DNA of 64,000 nucleotides from Escherichia coli (GTDB lineage Bacteria; Pseudomonadota; Gammaproteobacteria; Enterobacterales; Enterobacteriaceae): NCBI RefSeq assembly GCF_024700885.2, contig NZ_CP117016.1; one strand, 5' to 3'. Shown piece by piece: positions 56,073 to 64,000 of this stretch (position 1 is its first letter; each line of letters starts with the position of its first letter). The notes under the pieces were generated by a model. It saw only the letters and a program-made list of their open reading frames with translations, ran no database searches and was not told where the DNA came from. The position numbers and the translations under genes were made by a program.

Positions 56073-57031
56073 AGCAGCCGCTCCAGTGCATTAATGTCCA
56101 CTAACGGCAGTGGGCTACCCGGCCAGCGACGAACCTGCTGCGCCTGCATCAGATCCAGCGTGTCCAGCCCTGGAATAGTCTCTGGTGTTAACCAGGCGGC
56201 AATCCGCGCCAGTTGCGTTAAGCCTAAGCTCGACTCAATAGATGAACTGATCACCGCCGTCAGCCCCAGCGCATGCGCCGCCTGCACCTGCTCGCGTACT
56301 TTCTCCAGGCTGCCCGTGAGCGTGGGTTTGATAACTACCGCGCGCACGCCCTCTTCAGCCACAAAGGCAAAATCCGGCTCGCGCAGGCTTTCATCCCAGG
56401 CAATGGCAATGCCGGTTTCACGGGCAAACGCTCGCGAATCATCGCGGGTTTTGCACGGCTCTTCGAGAAACGCGATGCGGTCGCGATAATCCGGGTTAAC
56501 GTATTTGGCAAACTGCTGGCCTTTCAGCGGCGTCCAGGCGCGGTTCGCGTCAAGACGCAAATGCAGATCCGGAATTGCCTCCAGCAACAGATTGACCACC
56601 ATGCCGTCGCGCACGGCTTCGTACAATCCCACTTTGACCTTCGCCACTTTCTCGCCAGGCATATCGGCAAGTTTGAGGATCAGATCGTCAGGATCGCCAT
56701 TACACAGCGGCGCAGCACGATAATTGGCCGCCTGCGGGAGCGTATCTGCCAGCTCCGCCAATGCACAGCTTACGCCAAAGGCCACGGAAGGCATCTGCGG
56801 TAGCTCGCTATCGCCTGCCAGCCAGTTATTTACCCAGGCAAGCAGCACGCTTTGTGCCTCTTCCCAGGTTTCCTGACTGAAGCCCGGCAGTGGGGAGATC
56901 TCCCCCCACCCTTCGCGCTCGCCCTCACGCAGGCAAACATACAGCCCGTCGCGGGTTTTTAACCGCCTGTCGCGCAGAACCACCCCCGCGTCCATGGGGA
57001 TCTGCCAGCGGTATACCTGCGCGCTACGCAT
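56069..57031 (-). CDS. menC: o-succinylbenzoate synthase MenC, 320 aa
   Basis: 320 aa [32 protein letters not shown]; enolase superfamily. Confidence 0.93.
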
Positions 57032-57888
57032 TACGGATTCCGTTTAAATTTGCTGAAATCAGGCTGACGTTTCTGGTTGAAAGCGTTGCGACCTTCCTGA
57101 CCTTCTTCCGTCATATAGAACAGCATGGTGGCGTTACCTGCCAGCTCCTGCAGACCTGCCTGACCGTCACAGTCGGCGTTCAGCGCAGCTTTCAGGCAAC
57201 GCAGCGCCATCGGGCTGTTTTGCAGCATTTCGCGGCACCAGCGCACGGTTTCTTTTTCCAGATCCGCCAGCGGCACCACGGTGTTGACAAGGCCCATATC
57301 CAGCGCCTGTTTCGCGTCGTACTGACGGCACAGGAACCAGATTTCACGCGCTTTTTTCTGTCCGACGATGCGCGCCATGTAGGAAGCGCCCCAGCCGCCG
57401 TCGAAGGAACCGACTTTCGGGCCAGTCTGACCGAAGATGGCATTATCTGCCGCGATAGTCAGGTCGCACATCATGTGCAGAACGTGACCGCCGCCGATGG
57501 AGTAGCCAGCCACCATCGCGACAACCGGTTTCGGACAGGTACGGATCTGACGCTGGAAGTCCAGCACGTTCAGGTGATGTACGCCGGAATCATCCTTATA
57601 GCCGCCGTAATCACCACGCACTTTCTGGTCACCACCGGAGCAGAACGCTTTATCGCCTGCGCCAGTCAGAATGATCACGCCGATGTTGTCGTCATAACGC
57701 GCATCTGCCAGTGCCTGGATCATCTCTTTTACCGTCAGAGGACGGAAGGCATTGCGCACCTGCGGACGATTAATGGTGATTTTTGCGATACCGTCGGTGG
57801 ATTTTTCATAACGAATGTCCTCGAAACCTTCGGAGCAGTCGTGCCATTCAACCGGTGCGTAAAGCATTGCTTCATCAGGATAAATCAT
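57031..57888 (-). CDS. menB: 1,4-dihydroxy-2-naphthoyl-CoA synthase MenB, 285 aa
   Basis: 285 aa; crotonase fold [42 protein letters not shown]. Confidence 0.95.
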
Positions 57889-57902
57889 ATTGTGTCCTTT
57901 AG

Positions 57903-58661
57903 TCAGAAACGCAAGATCTGCGCCAGACTTGCGATTACGCCAGCGGGATTTTCCCGGTGCGCGTTATGTCCGGCGCGAGGAATGACATGGCAGTCGGCAG
58001 CCAGTTCCGTCGCCAGAGCGCGGAATTTGCTGTCACGTTCACCACATAAATAATAAAACGCAAATGTGCGGGCGCTAAGGTTAGCACGTAAATCGGGCTG
58101 GACGGCGAGAGAAGTCGCCTCCAGCATGGCGGCAAGGGTTGCGCCATTATTGCTGCTGCGCAGCGCCACCAGCTCCCGGCGTTGATCGTCATTGAGCGAG
58201 GCAAAAACAGGCTGTTGATACCAGTCGGCAAATACCGCCGTTAACGGTTCTGTGCGAAAACGCTGCGCCCATTGGCGATCGGAATGCTGACGTTCCGTGC
58301 GTTGTTCAGCATTTTGCAACCCAGGGTGCCCGCCTTCGACAATAACCCCACAAAGCCCCGGCATCCCCTGACAAGCCGCCATCATCGCCACCCGTCCGCC
58401 AAGCGAGTACCCCACCAGCCAGAAGTTAAGGATGTTGTAACTAACCAGAGTTTTACGCAGTAAGCCGGTGACATCATCAAATCCATCGACGCTAATTGCT
58501 GCCGAACCACCGTGACCTGGGAGATCAACATACAACCGCGAGTAGTCGGCAAACGCCTCGCCCACTTCTTGCCATTCATGGCAATCGCCGGAAAAACCGT
58601 GCAAAAACACCAGCCAGGGTAAACCTGGTTTGCCGTGTTTTGCCTGCGCGTGCAGGATCAT
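57903..58661 (-). CDS. menH: SHCHC synthase MenH (YfbB), 252 aa
   Basis: 252 aa alpha/beta hydrolase (GYSLGGR nucleophile elbow). Confidence 0.92.
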
Positions 58662-60328
58662 AAATGGCTTACCTGCGCCAGCAGTTGCTGGAGGGTTTGC
58701 GCACCATCGGTGTCGTTAACCACCATTTCAATTACCGTGGTGGTCGGCGTGCGCCAGGCGTCGGCAAGTGCCGTTTCAAGTTCCTGCCAGTTTTGCGGAC
58801 GATGATATTTCAGCTCGAACATCGCGGCGGCGTGCTCAAAATGAACGTTTTGCGGCATCAGATAGAAACGTTCGCGCTCGCTTTGCGGCGTTGGCAACAG
58901 CGAGAAAATTTGCCCGCCGTTGTTGTTCACCACAATTAATACCAGCGGCGCGGAAACCTGACGTAATAACGCCAGCGCGTTGATATCGTAAAGAGCTGAG
59001 AGATCGCCCACAATCGCCAGCGTCGGTTTGCCACTGGCCCGCTGAACGCCTGCGGCGGTCGAGAGCAGCCCGTCGATACCGCTGGCACCACGGTTGCTGT
59101 ATACCGGGTAACCTGCCGGAAGTTGCGAAAGCGCATCAATCAGACGTACCACCAGGCTGTTACCGACAAACAATTGCCCCTGTTCAGGCAGATAGTCGCT
59201 GATGCGATGCGCCAGTTGCGCTTCGCCAAACGCATCGCGACGGGCAATAACCGCCTGCATTGCCTGTTCAGCCAGGCGCGGGATTTCAACGCACCAGGGC
59301 TGGCGTTTTTCTGCCGGATGTTGCTCCAGCCAGTCGGCAATATTGGCAATTAAGCGACGTCCGCGATGGTGTGCCGGATCAAGTCGCCCTTCAATGTCAT
59401 CAACAATCCAGTACTCTTCGGGTTCACAGCTTGCCTGCCATTGCAGGAGCCGTTTGCCCGTCAGGCTGCTTCCCAGTTGCACCACAACTTGCGCCTGTTG
59501 CAGTTCGCTGGTCGCTTTGGCATTGCCTAACCAGAGATCGGCACACGGCAACGGCTGTCCGGTTTGCGACAGCACATCGCCAATCAGCGGCCAGCCAAGA
59601 GTTTGCGCCCACAGTGCGACTTTTTTGCCCTCTTCCGCACTCATGCGCCCGGCAACCACCACGCCGCGCTTTTGTCGCCAGAAGAACCAGTCGCGCTGTT
59701 TTTCACTTTCCAGACGAGGCGCTTCACGCAGCCACGGTTTGTCGTCCTGCCACCAGTCGCCCAGACGCTGTTGCCAGCTAAGCCCGGTGTCGTCTATTTC
59801 GCCATACAGCGGTTCAGCAAACGGGCAGTTGATATGGACTCCACCAGCATGAAGCGTACCGAGAGCGTGGTCGATGGTAGAAACCAGCCAACGTGCGGGG
59901 ATATCCTGGGTCGGGCGCGGCAGTGAAATACTGTGCGTGGGGTGAGAGGCGAACATTCCCGGCTGACGAATCGCCTGATTCGCGCCGCAGTCAATTAGCT
60001 CCGGCGGGCGATCGGCGGTTAACAGGATCAGTTTTTCTCCGGTTAACCCGGCTTCAATCAGTGCCGGATAGAGATTTGCTACCGCCGTGCCGGAGGTCAC
60101 AATCACAGCCACCGGCTGCTTGCTGACTTTCGCCAGCCCCAGCGCCAGATGCCCCAGTCCACGCTCATCGAAATGGGTGTGGTGAATGAATGCGGAATTC
60201 TCCGCCGCCGCTAACGTTAACGGTGTAGAACGCGAGCCAGGGGCGATACAGATGTGTCTGACGCCGTGACGCGTTAATGCTTCCAGAATGACCGCCGCCC
60301 AGCGTCGGTTAAATGCGCTTACTGACAT
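58658..60328 (-). CDS. menD: SEPHCHC synthase MenD, 556 aa
   Basis: Start set to ATG at 60328 ([25 protein letters not shown]); ThDP enzyme; the ORF-track 673-aa frame is an upstream extension. Confidence 0.93.
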   Translation of the reverse strand: MSVSAFNRRWAAVILEALTRHGVRHICIAPGSRSTPLTLAAAENSAFIHHTHFDERGLGHLALGLAKVSKQPVAVIVTSGTAVANLYPALIEAGLTGEKLILLTADRPPELIDCGANQAIRQPGMFASHPTHSISLPRPTQDIPARWLVSTIDHALGTLHAGGVHINCPFAEPLYGEIDDTGLSWQQRLGDWWQDDKPWLREAPRLESEKQRDWFFWRQKRGVVVAGRMSAEEGKKVALWAQTLGWPLIGDVLSQTGQPLPCADLWLGNAKATSELQQAQVVVQLGSSLTGKRLLQWQASCEPEEYWIVDDIEGRLDPAHHRGRRLIANIADWLEQHPAEKRQPWCVEIPRLAEQAMQAVIARRDAFGEAQLAHRISDYLPEQGQLFVGNSLVVRLIDALSQLPAGYPVYSNRGASGIDGLLSTAAGVQRASGKPTLAIVGDLSALYDINALALLRQVSAPLVLIVVNNNGGQIFSLLPTPQSERERFYLMPQNVHFEHAAAMFELKYHRPQNWQELETALADAWRTPTTTVIEMVVNDTDGAQTLQQLLAQVSHL

Positions 60329-60416
60329 GAGTTTGTCCGGTATCAATATTGCGGCTAAGTATAAGGAGCTACAAAAATAGATTATTGATATGAATCGGTA
60401 ATGATGCGACTCATTA

Positions 60417-61712
60417 CTATTCCATTTGTAATAAAGTACGCAGCCCTGCCGCTTTGTTGTCGATTTCCTGCCACTCTTGCTCGGGGTCGGAACCACGGAC
60501 AATGCCCGCGCCAGCATATAATCGCACGACATTGCCACTGATTTTTGCTGAGCGCAGGGAAACGCAGAATTCGCTTTGTTGTAAAGAGAGATAGCCCGCA
60601 GAACCGGCGTACCATTCTCGGGTGAACGGTTCGTGATGGGCGATAAACTGTCGCGCCAGATCGCGCGGTAAGCCAGCAACTGCTGCCGTTGGCTGCAACT
60701 GATGTAAACAGATCACATCATCCGCTTTGTTGAGTGAAGTCCAGATACAGCGGCGAAGATGCTGCACTTTACGCAGACGCAGTACCTGCGGCGGTAAAAC
60801 ATCCAGCGTTTGGGTATCGGCCTGTAATCGTTGGCAGATATCTTCCACCACCAACATGTTCTCGCGCTGGTTTTTATCATCCGCCATCAGCCACTCACCC
60901 AACCGCTGCGCCTGCTTATCATCAGGATGATTTGCTACCGTTCCCGCCAGCGCTTCAGTACGCAGCGCTTTGTCACGCCGCCGCCATAACCGTTCCGGTG
61001 AAGAGCCAAGAAAAGCATTTTCGCCATCAAAGGCCATATAAAAATGATAGCAGTTCAGATTAAGCCGACGACTGGCAGCCATCATCGCTGCCGCATTGAC
61101 CGGACTTGCGAAATGCAGGTCAGTTGCCCGAGCAAGCACCACTTTGTCGAGCTCACCTTCGGCGATGGTTTTCGTTGCCAGTTCGATTAATTGCGTCCAG
61201 CCCGTTTTGTCCGGCCAGTGTTGTTCTCGGGTGGTGGTTAAATGTAACCCAGGCAAGGGTTTAATACTCACCAGTGTGGCGATAAATTCTTTTGCCTTAA
61301 TCGCATCATGCTGAAGGGAGCTTTCGCTGAATAGCGTCAGCCGCAGCGTGGCTTTACCGCCACAGCGTCGCCATTCGAGGCGTGGTAAAAGTAAATTACC
61401 CTGCGACGGGTCAAACGCATTCAGCCCCCAGATGCGTAAGTCGGCGTGTTCCGGGTGCCGACGAAGAAACCGTTGTGCCTGGTCCAACGACGTAAAACGG
61501 GTAATCGCGCCCAGGACGGCAGCTTCTTCATCAGCATTACGTTGTTGCCAGTAGAATTGCGGGTACGTTTGCTGACTGGCCAGCCAGCTCAAGGCATCAA
61601 AAGCGTCTTTGAGAGGGAAAGGAATATCGATAACCCGAATGCCGGGTGTCGCCGGAATCTCTTGCGACAAATGGCGCAGTAGATTTTCCAGCGCCGTAGT
61701 AAGTGATTGCAC
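60417..61712 (-). CDS. menF: Isochorismate synthase MenF, 431 aa
   Basis: GTG start at 61712 ([20 protein letters not shown]); chorismate-binding domain. Confidence 0.92.
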   Translation of the reverse strand: MQSLTTALENLLRHLSQEIPATPGIRVIDIPFPLKDAFDALSWLASQQTYPQFYWQQRNADEEAAVLGAITRFTSLDQAQRFLRRHPEHADLRIWGLNAFDPSQGNLLLPRLEWRRCGGKATLRLTLFSESSLQHDAIKAKEFIATLVSIKPLPGLHLTTTREQHWPDKTGWTQLIELATKTIAEGELDKVVLARATDLHFASPVNAAAMMAASRRLNLNCYHFYMAFDGENAFLGSSPERLWRRRDKALRTEALAGTVANHPDDKQAQRLGEWLMADDKNQRENMLVVEDICQRLQADTQTLDVLPPQVLRLRKVQHLRRCIWTSLNKADDVICLHQLQPTAAVAGLPRDLARQFIAHHEPFTREWYAGSAGYLSLQQSEFCVSLRSAKISGNVVRLYAGAGIVRGSDPEQEWQEIDNKAAGLRTLLQME

Positions 61713-61790
61713 GCGGACCTCTCCCTGTTAAAAGCCTCACATTATACGGGGTACTACAAAAAAAATGCAGTACCCCGGTGTAGGGAGGTT

Positions 61791-62096
61791 TTAACGGCGT
61801 GCCAGCAACAGTCCTAGTACCAGCCCAACGGCCGCGCCCACACCAATTCCTTGCCAGGGTTTTTCGTGGACGTAGTCATCAGCACGATAAACAGCCTGCT
61901 TCGCCCGATAGTAATAACTGTCTGAAGCCTGGCTAACCCGTTTTTTCACATCATCCAGCGCTTTTTCTGCACGCGCTTTCAGCTCAACATATTTCTGATC
62001 GGCGGGATCGCCAGAGGAGCGGAGCACCTCTTCCAGTGTTTCACTAAGCAGCGTCAGGTCATCATCGATACGTGTATCACCAAACTGATTAGACAT
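61791..62096 (-). CDS. elaB: Tail-anchored inner-membrane protein ElaB, 101 aa
   Basis: 101 aa MSNQFGDTRIDDDLTLLSETLEEVLRSSGDPADQKY with C-terminal transmembrane anchor (GVGAAVGLVLGLLLARR). Confidence 0.9.
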   Translation of the reverse strand: MSNQFGDTRIDDDLTLLSETLEEVLRSSGDPADQKYVELKARAEKALDDVKKRVSQASDSYYYRAKQAVYRADDYVHEKPWQGIGVGAAVGLVLGLLLARR

Positions 62097-62150
62097 TCTC
62101 GTTCTCCATTTGCGTAAAACCTGTCACTAACTATAGACAAGGGTTATTGA

Positions 62151-62612
62151 TTACGCCTGAATTACCTCGCGTGCCATCCCAATGTGTGGGATACCATCTT
62201 CTTCATAGACCTCCGTCACAGGGATAAAGCCAAAACTCTGGTAGAAGTTTTGCAGATGCGCCTGCGCCCCGAGGTAAACAGGTTTATCAGGCCAGTGACG
62301 CGTACATGTTTCGAGTGTTTTATTCATCAGCTGCTGCCCCACTTTTTCGCCACGCAACGCTTCACTAACAATCACCCGACCAATAACGACCGGCTCAAGA
62401 TCATCATCACTTTTCAGAATCCTCGCATACGCCACCAGTTCATCATTTTTCCAACCGAGAATATGGCGATTATCCCCCGTCAAATCATCACCATCGATAT
62501 CCTGATAAGGGCAATTCTGCTCAACAACAAACACCGCGCAACGCAGTTGTAATAAGGCATAAAGCTGGGAAACCGATAATTCAGAGTGATGCAGATCTTG
62601 CCATTCAATCAT
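62151..62612 (-). CDS. elaA: GNAT-family N-acetyltransferase ElaA, 153 aa
   Basis: 153 aa MIEWQDLHHSELSVSQLYALLQLRCAVFVVEQNCPYQDIDGDD. Confidence 0.9.
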   Translation of the reverse strand: MIEWQDLHHSELSVSQLYALLQLRCAVFVVEQNCPYQDIDGDDLTGDNRHILGWKNDELVAYARILKSDDDLEPVVIGRVIVSEALRGEKVGQQLMNKTLETCTRHWPDKPVYLGAQAHLQNFYQSFGFIPVTEVYEEDGIPHIGMAREVIQA

Positions 62613-62676
62613 AATGCTCTCCTTTTAGATGTATGCCTTATACTAGCCGGAATATTTTTTGAAACGTGATGAACTC

Positions 62677-63594
62677 ATGGAATTAATTTTTTTAGGTACT
62701 TCAGCCGGTGTGCCAACCCGTACGCGCAATGTCACGGCAATATTGCTTAACCTGCAACATCCGACCCAGAGCGGTCTTTGGTTGTTTGACTGCGGTGAAG
62801 GCACCCAGCATCAGCTACTGCATACCGCCTTTAACCCTGGAAAACTGGACAAGATTTTTATCAGTCACCTTCATGGCGATCATCTCTTTGGTTTACCCGG
62901 CTTGCTGTGCAGTCGTTCTATGTCTGGTATTGTCCAACCCTTAACGATTTATGGTCCGCAAGGTATCCGTGAATTTGTGGAGACCGCGCTGCGGATTAGC
63001 GGCTCATGGACCGATTATCCGCTGGAAATTGTCGAAATTGGCGCTGGCGAAATTTTCGATGATGGCCTGCGCAAAGTAACCGCTTATCCGCTGGAACACC
63101 CACTGGAATGTTATGGCTATCGTATTGAAGAACATGATAAACCGGGTGCATTAAATGCCCAGGCATTAAAAGCTGCTGGCGTACCGCCTGGCCCACTGTT
63201 TCAGGCATTAAAAGCGGGCAAAACAATCATGCTGGAAGATGGAAGGCAGATTAACGGCGCAGATTACTTAGCCGCTCCAGTGCCAGGTAAAGCGCTCGCT
63301 ATTTTCGGCGATACCGGCCCCTGCGATGCCGCACTTGACCTGGCTAAAGGCGTCGATGTCATGGTGCACGAAGCGACGTTGGATATAACCATGGAAGCCA
63401 AAGCCAATAGTCGCGGCCACAGCTCTACACGCCAGGCTGCGACACTGGCCCGTGAGGCTGGAGTCGGTAAGCTAATCATTACCCACGTCAGCTCGCGCTA
63501 TGATGACAAAGGTTGTCAGCACCTGTTACGTGAATGCAGGTCAATTTTCCCGGCGACTGAACTGGCGAATGATTTCACCGTGTTTAACGTTTAA
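62677..63594 (+). CDS. rbn: Ribonuclease BN / RNase Z (ElaC), 305 aa
   Basis: Start set to ATG at 62677 ([24 protein letters not shown]); metallo-beta-lactamase HxHxDH motif (SHLHGDH). Confidence 0.92.
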   Translation: MELIFLGTSAGVPTRTRNVTAILLNLQHPTQSGLWLFDCGEGTQHQLLHTAFNPGKLDKIFISHLHGDHLFGLPGLLCSRSMSGIVQPLTIYGPQGIREFVETALRISGSWTDYPLEIVEIGAGEIFDDGLRKVTAYPLEHPLECYGYRIEEHDKPGALNAQALKAAGVPPGPLFQALKAGKTIMLEDGRQINGADYLAAPVPGKALAIFGDTGPCDAALDLAKGVDVMVHEATLDITMEAKANSRGHSSTRQAATLAREAGVGKLIITHVSSRYDDKGCQHLLRECRSIFPATELANDFTVFNV

Positions 63595-63781
63595 CTCTGC
63601 TTATTATTAAAAACAGGGCGAAACTTGCCCTGTTATCGCAACCCGCGCCACATATATCCACCCACACGGGCATATTGAGCGATTTTTGATATTTATTCAT
63701 CTCCTCACGCACTATATTCAGAGCAATAAGTTGCCTCTTTTCATCTTCATTCAGCACAACCTTTGCAACTAAAAGGAGCCT

Positions 63782-64000
63782 ATGATGGTTACAGTTGTCA
63801 GCAATTATTGTCAATTATCTCAAACCCAACTCTGTCAGACATTTGCAGAAAAATTTACTGTGACCGAGGAATTACTGCAGTCTTTAAAAAAAACAGCGTT
63901 ATCCGGAGATGAAGAAAGCATTGAGTTACTGCATAATATTGCGTTAGGTTATGATGAATTTGGAAAAAAAGCTGAAGATATTCTTTACCATATTGTTAGA
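63782..64000 (+). CDS. elaD: Deubiquitinase-like cysteine protease ElaD, 5' part only (runs off the window)
   Basis: [60 protein letters not shown]; position after rbn as in K-12. Confidence 0.8.
   Translation, partial: MMVTVVSNYCQLSQTQLCQTFAEKFTVTEELLQSLKKTALSGDEESIELLHNIALGYDEFGKKAEDILYHIVR

Noticed and set aside
58658-60679. 673-aa extended MenD ORF (and similar N-terminal extensions for rcsB, atoS, ubiG, nrdB, glpQ, glpB, glpC, yfaZ, ais, rbn)
   Set aside because: The ORF track evidently allows TTG/GTG/CTG starts and reports the longest frame; each start was moved to the internal start that reproduces the known protein N-terminus and length.
63595-63640. Hairpin AACAGGGCGAAACTTGCCCTGTT after rbn as an rbn terminator
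   Set aside because: On the plus strand it is not followed by a T-run (the T-run lies on the opposite strand), so it is not convincing as an intrinsic terminator for rbn; left unannotated.

Overview
This window is an Escherichia coli chromosomal segment syntenic with the K-12 region from ompC/micF to elaD (about 49-51 min), read from the sequence and ORF track without any database search. Gene order is: ompC promoter edge, micF, rcsD-rcsB, rcsC (opposite strand), atoSC-atoDAEB, gyrA, ubiG, yfaL, nrdAB-yfaE, inaA, an MFS transporter and LysR regulator pair, an AT-rich island with an orphan gene, glpQ, glpT, glpABC, rpnB (yfaD), rhmA, a rearranged rhm locus carrying an IS200/IS605 element, yfaY, yfaZ, nudI, ais, arnBCADTEF, pmrD, menECBHDF, elaB, elaA, rbn and the start of elaD. 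Most of the window is ordinary core genome. The four observations most worth a second look are: (1) gyrA carries the classic quinolone-resistance substitution Ser83Leu (TCG to TTG), read directly from the sequence; (2) an IS200/IS605-family element (divergent tnpA and tnpB) sits inside rhmR, with matching subterminal hairpins at both ends; (3) next to it, rhmD appears to be missing and rhmT and rhmR appear truncated and fused; (4) a low-GC island between the LysR gene and glpQ encodes a 356-aa protein with no motif I recognise, preceded by a 43-codon ORF with a strong ribosome-binding site. The island is the best candidate for something undescribed, but I cannot assign it a function from sequence alone. 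No CRISPR array, rRNA or tRNA was found. CDS coordinates include the stop codon, and several starts were moved off the ORF-track start to the start that matches the known protein.
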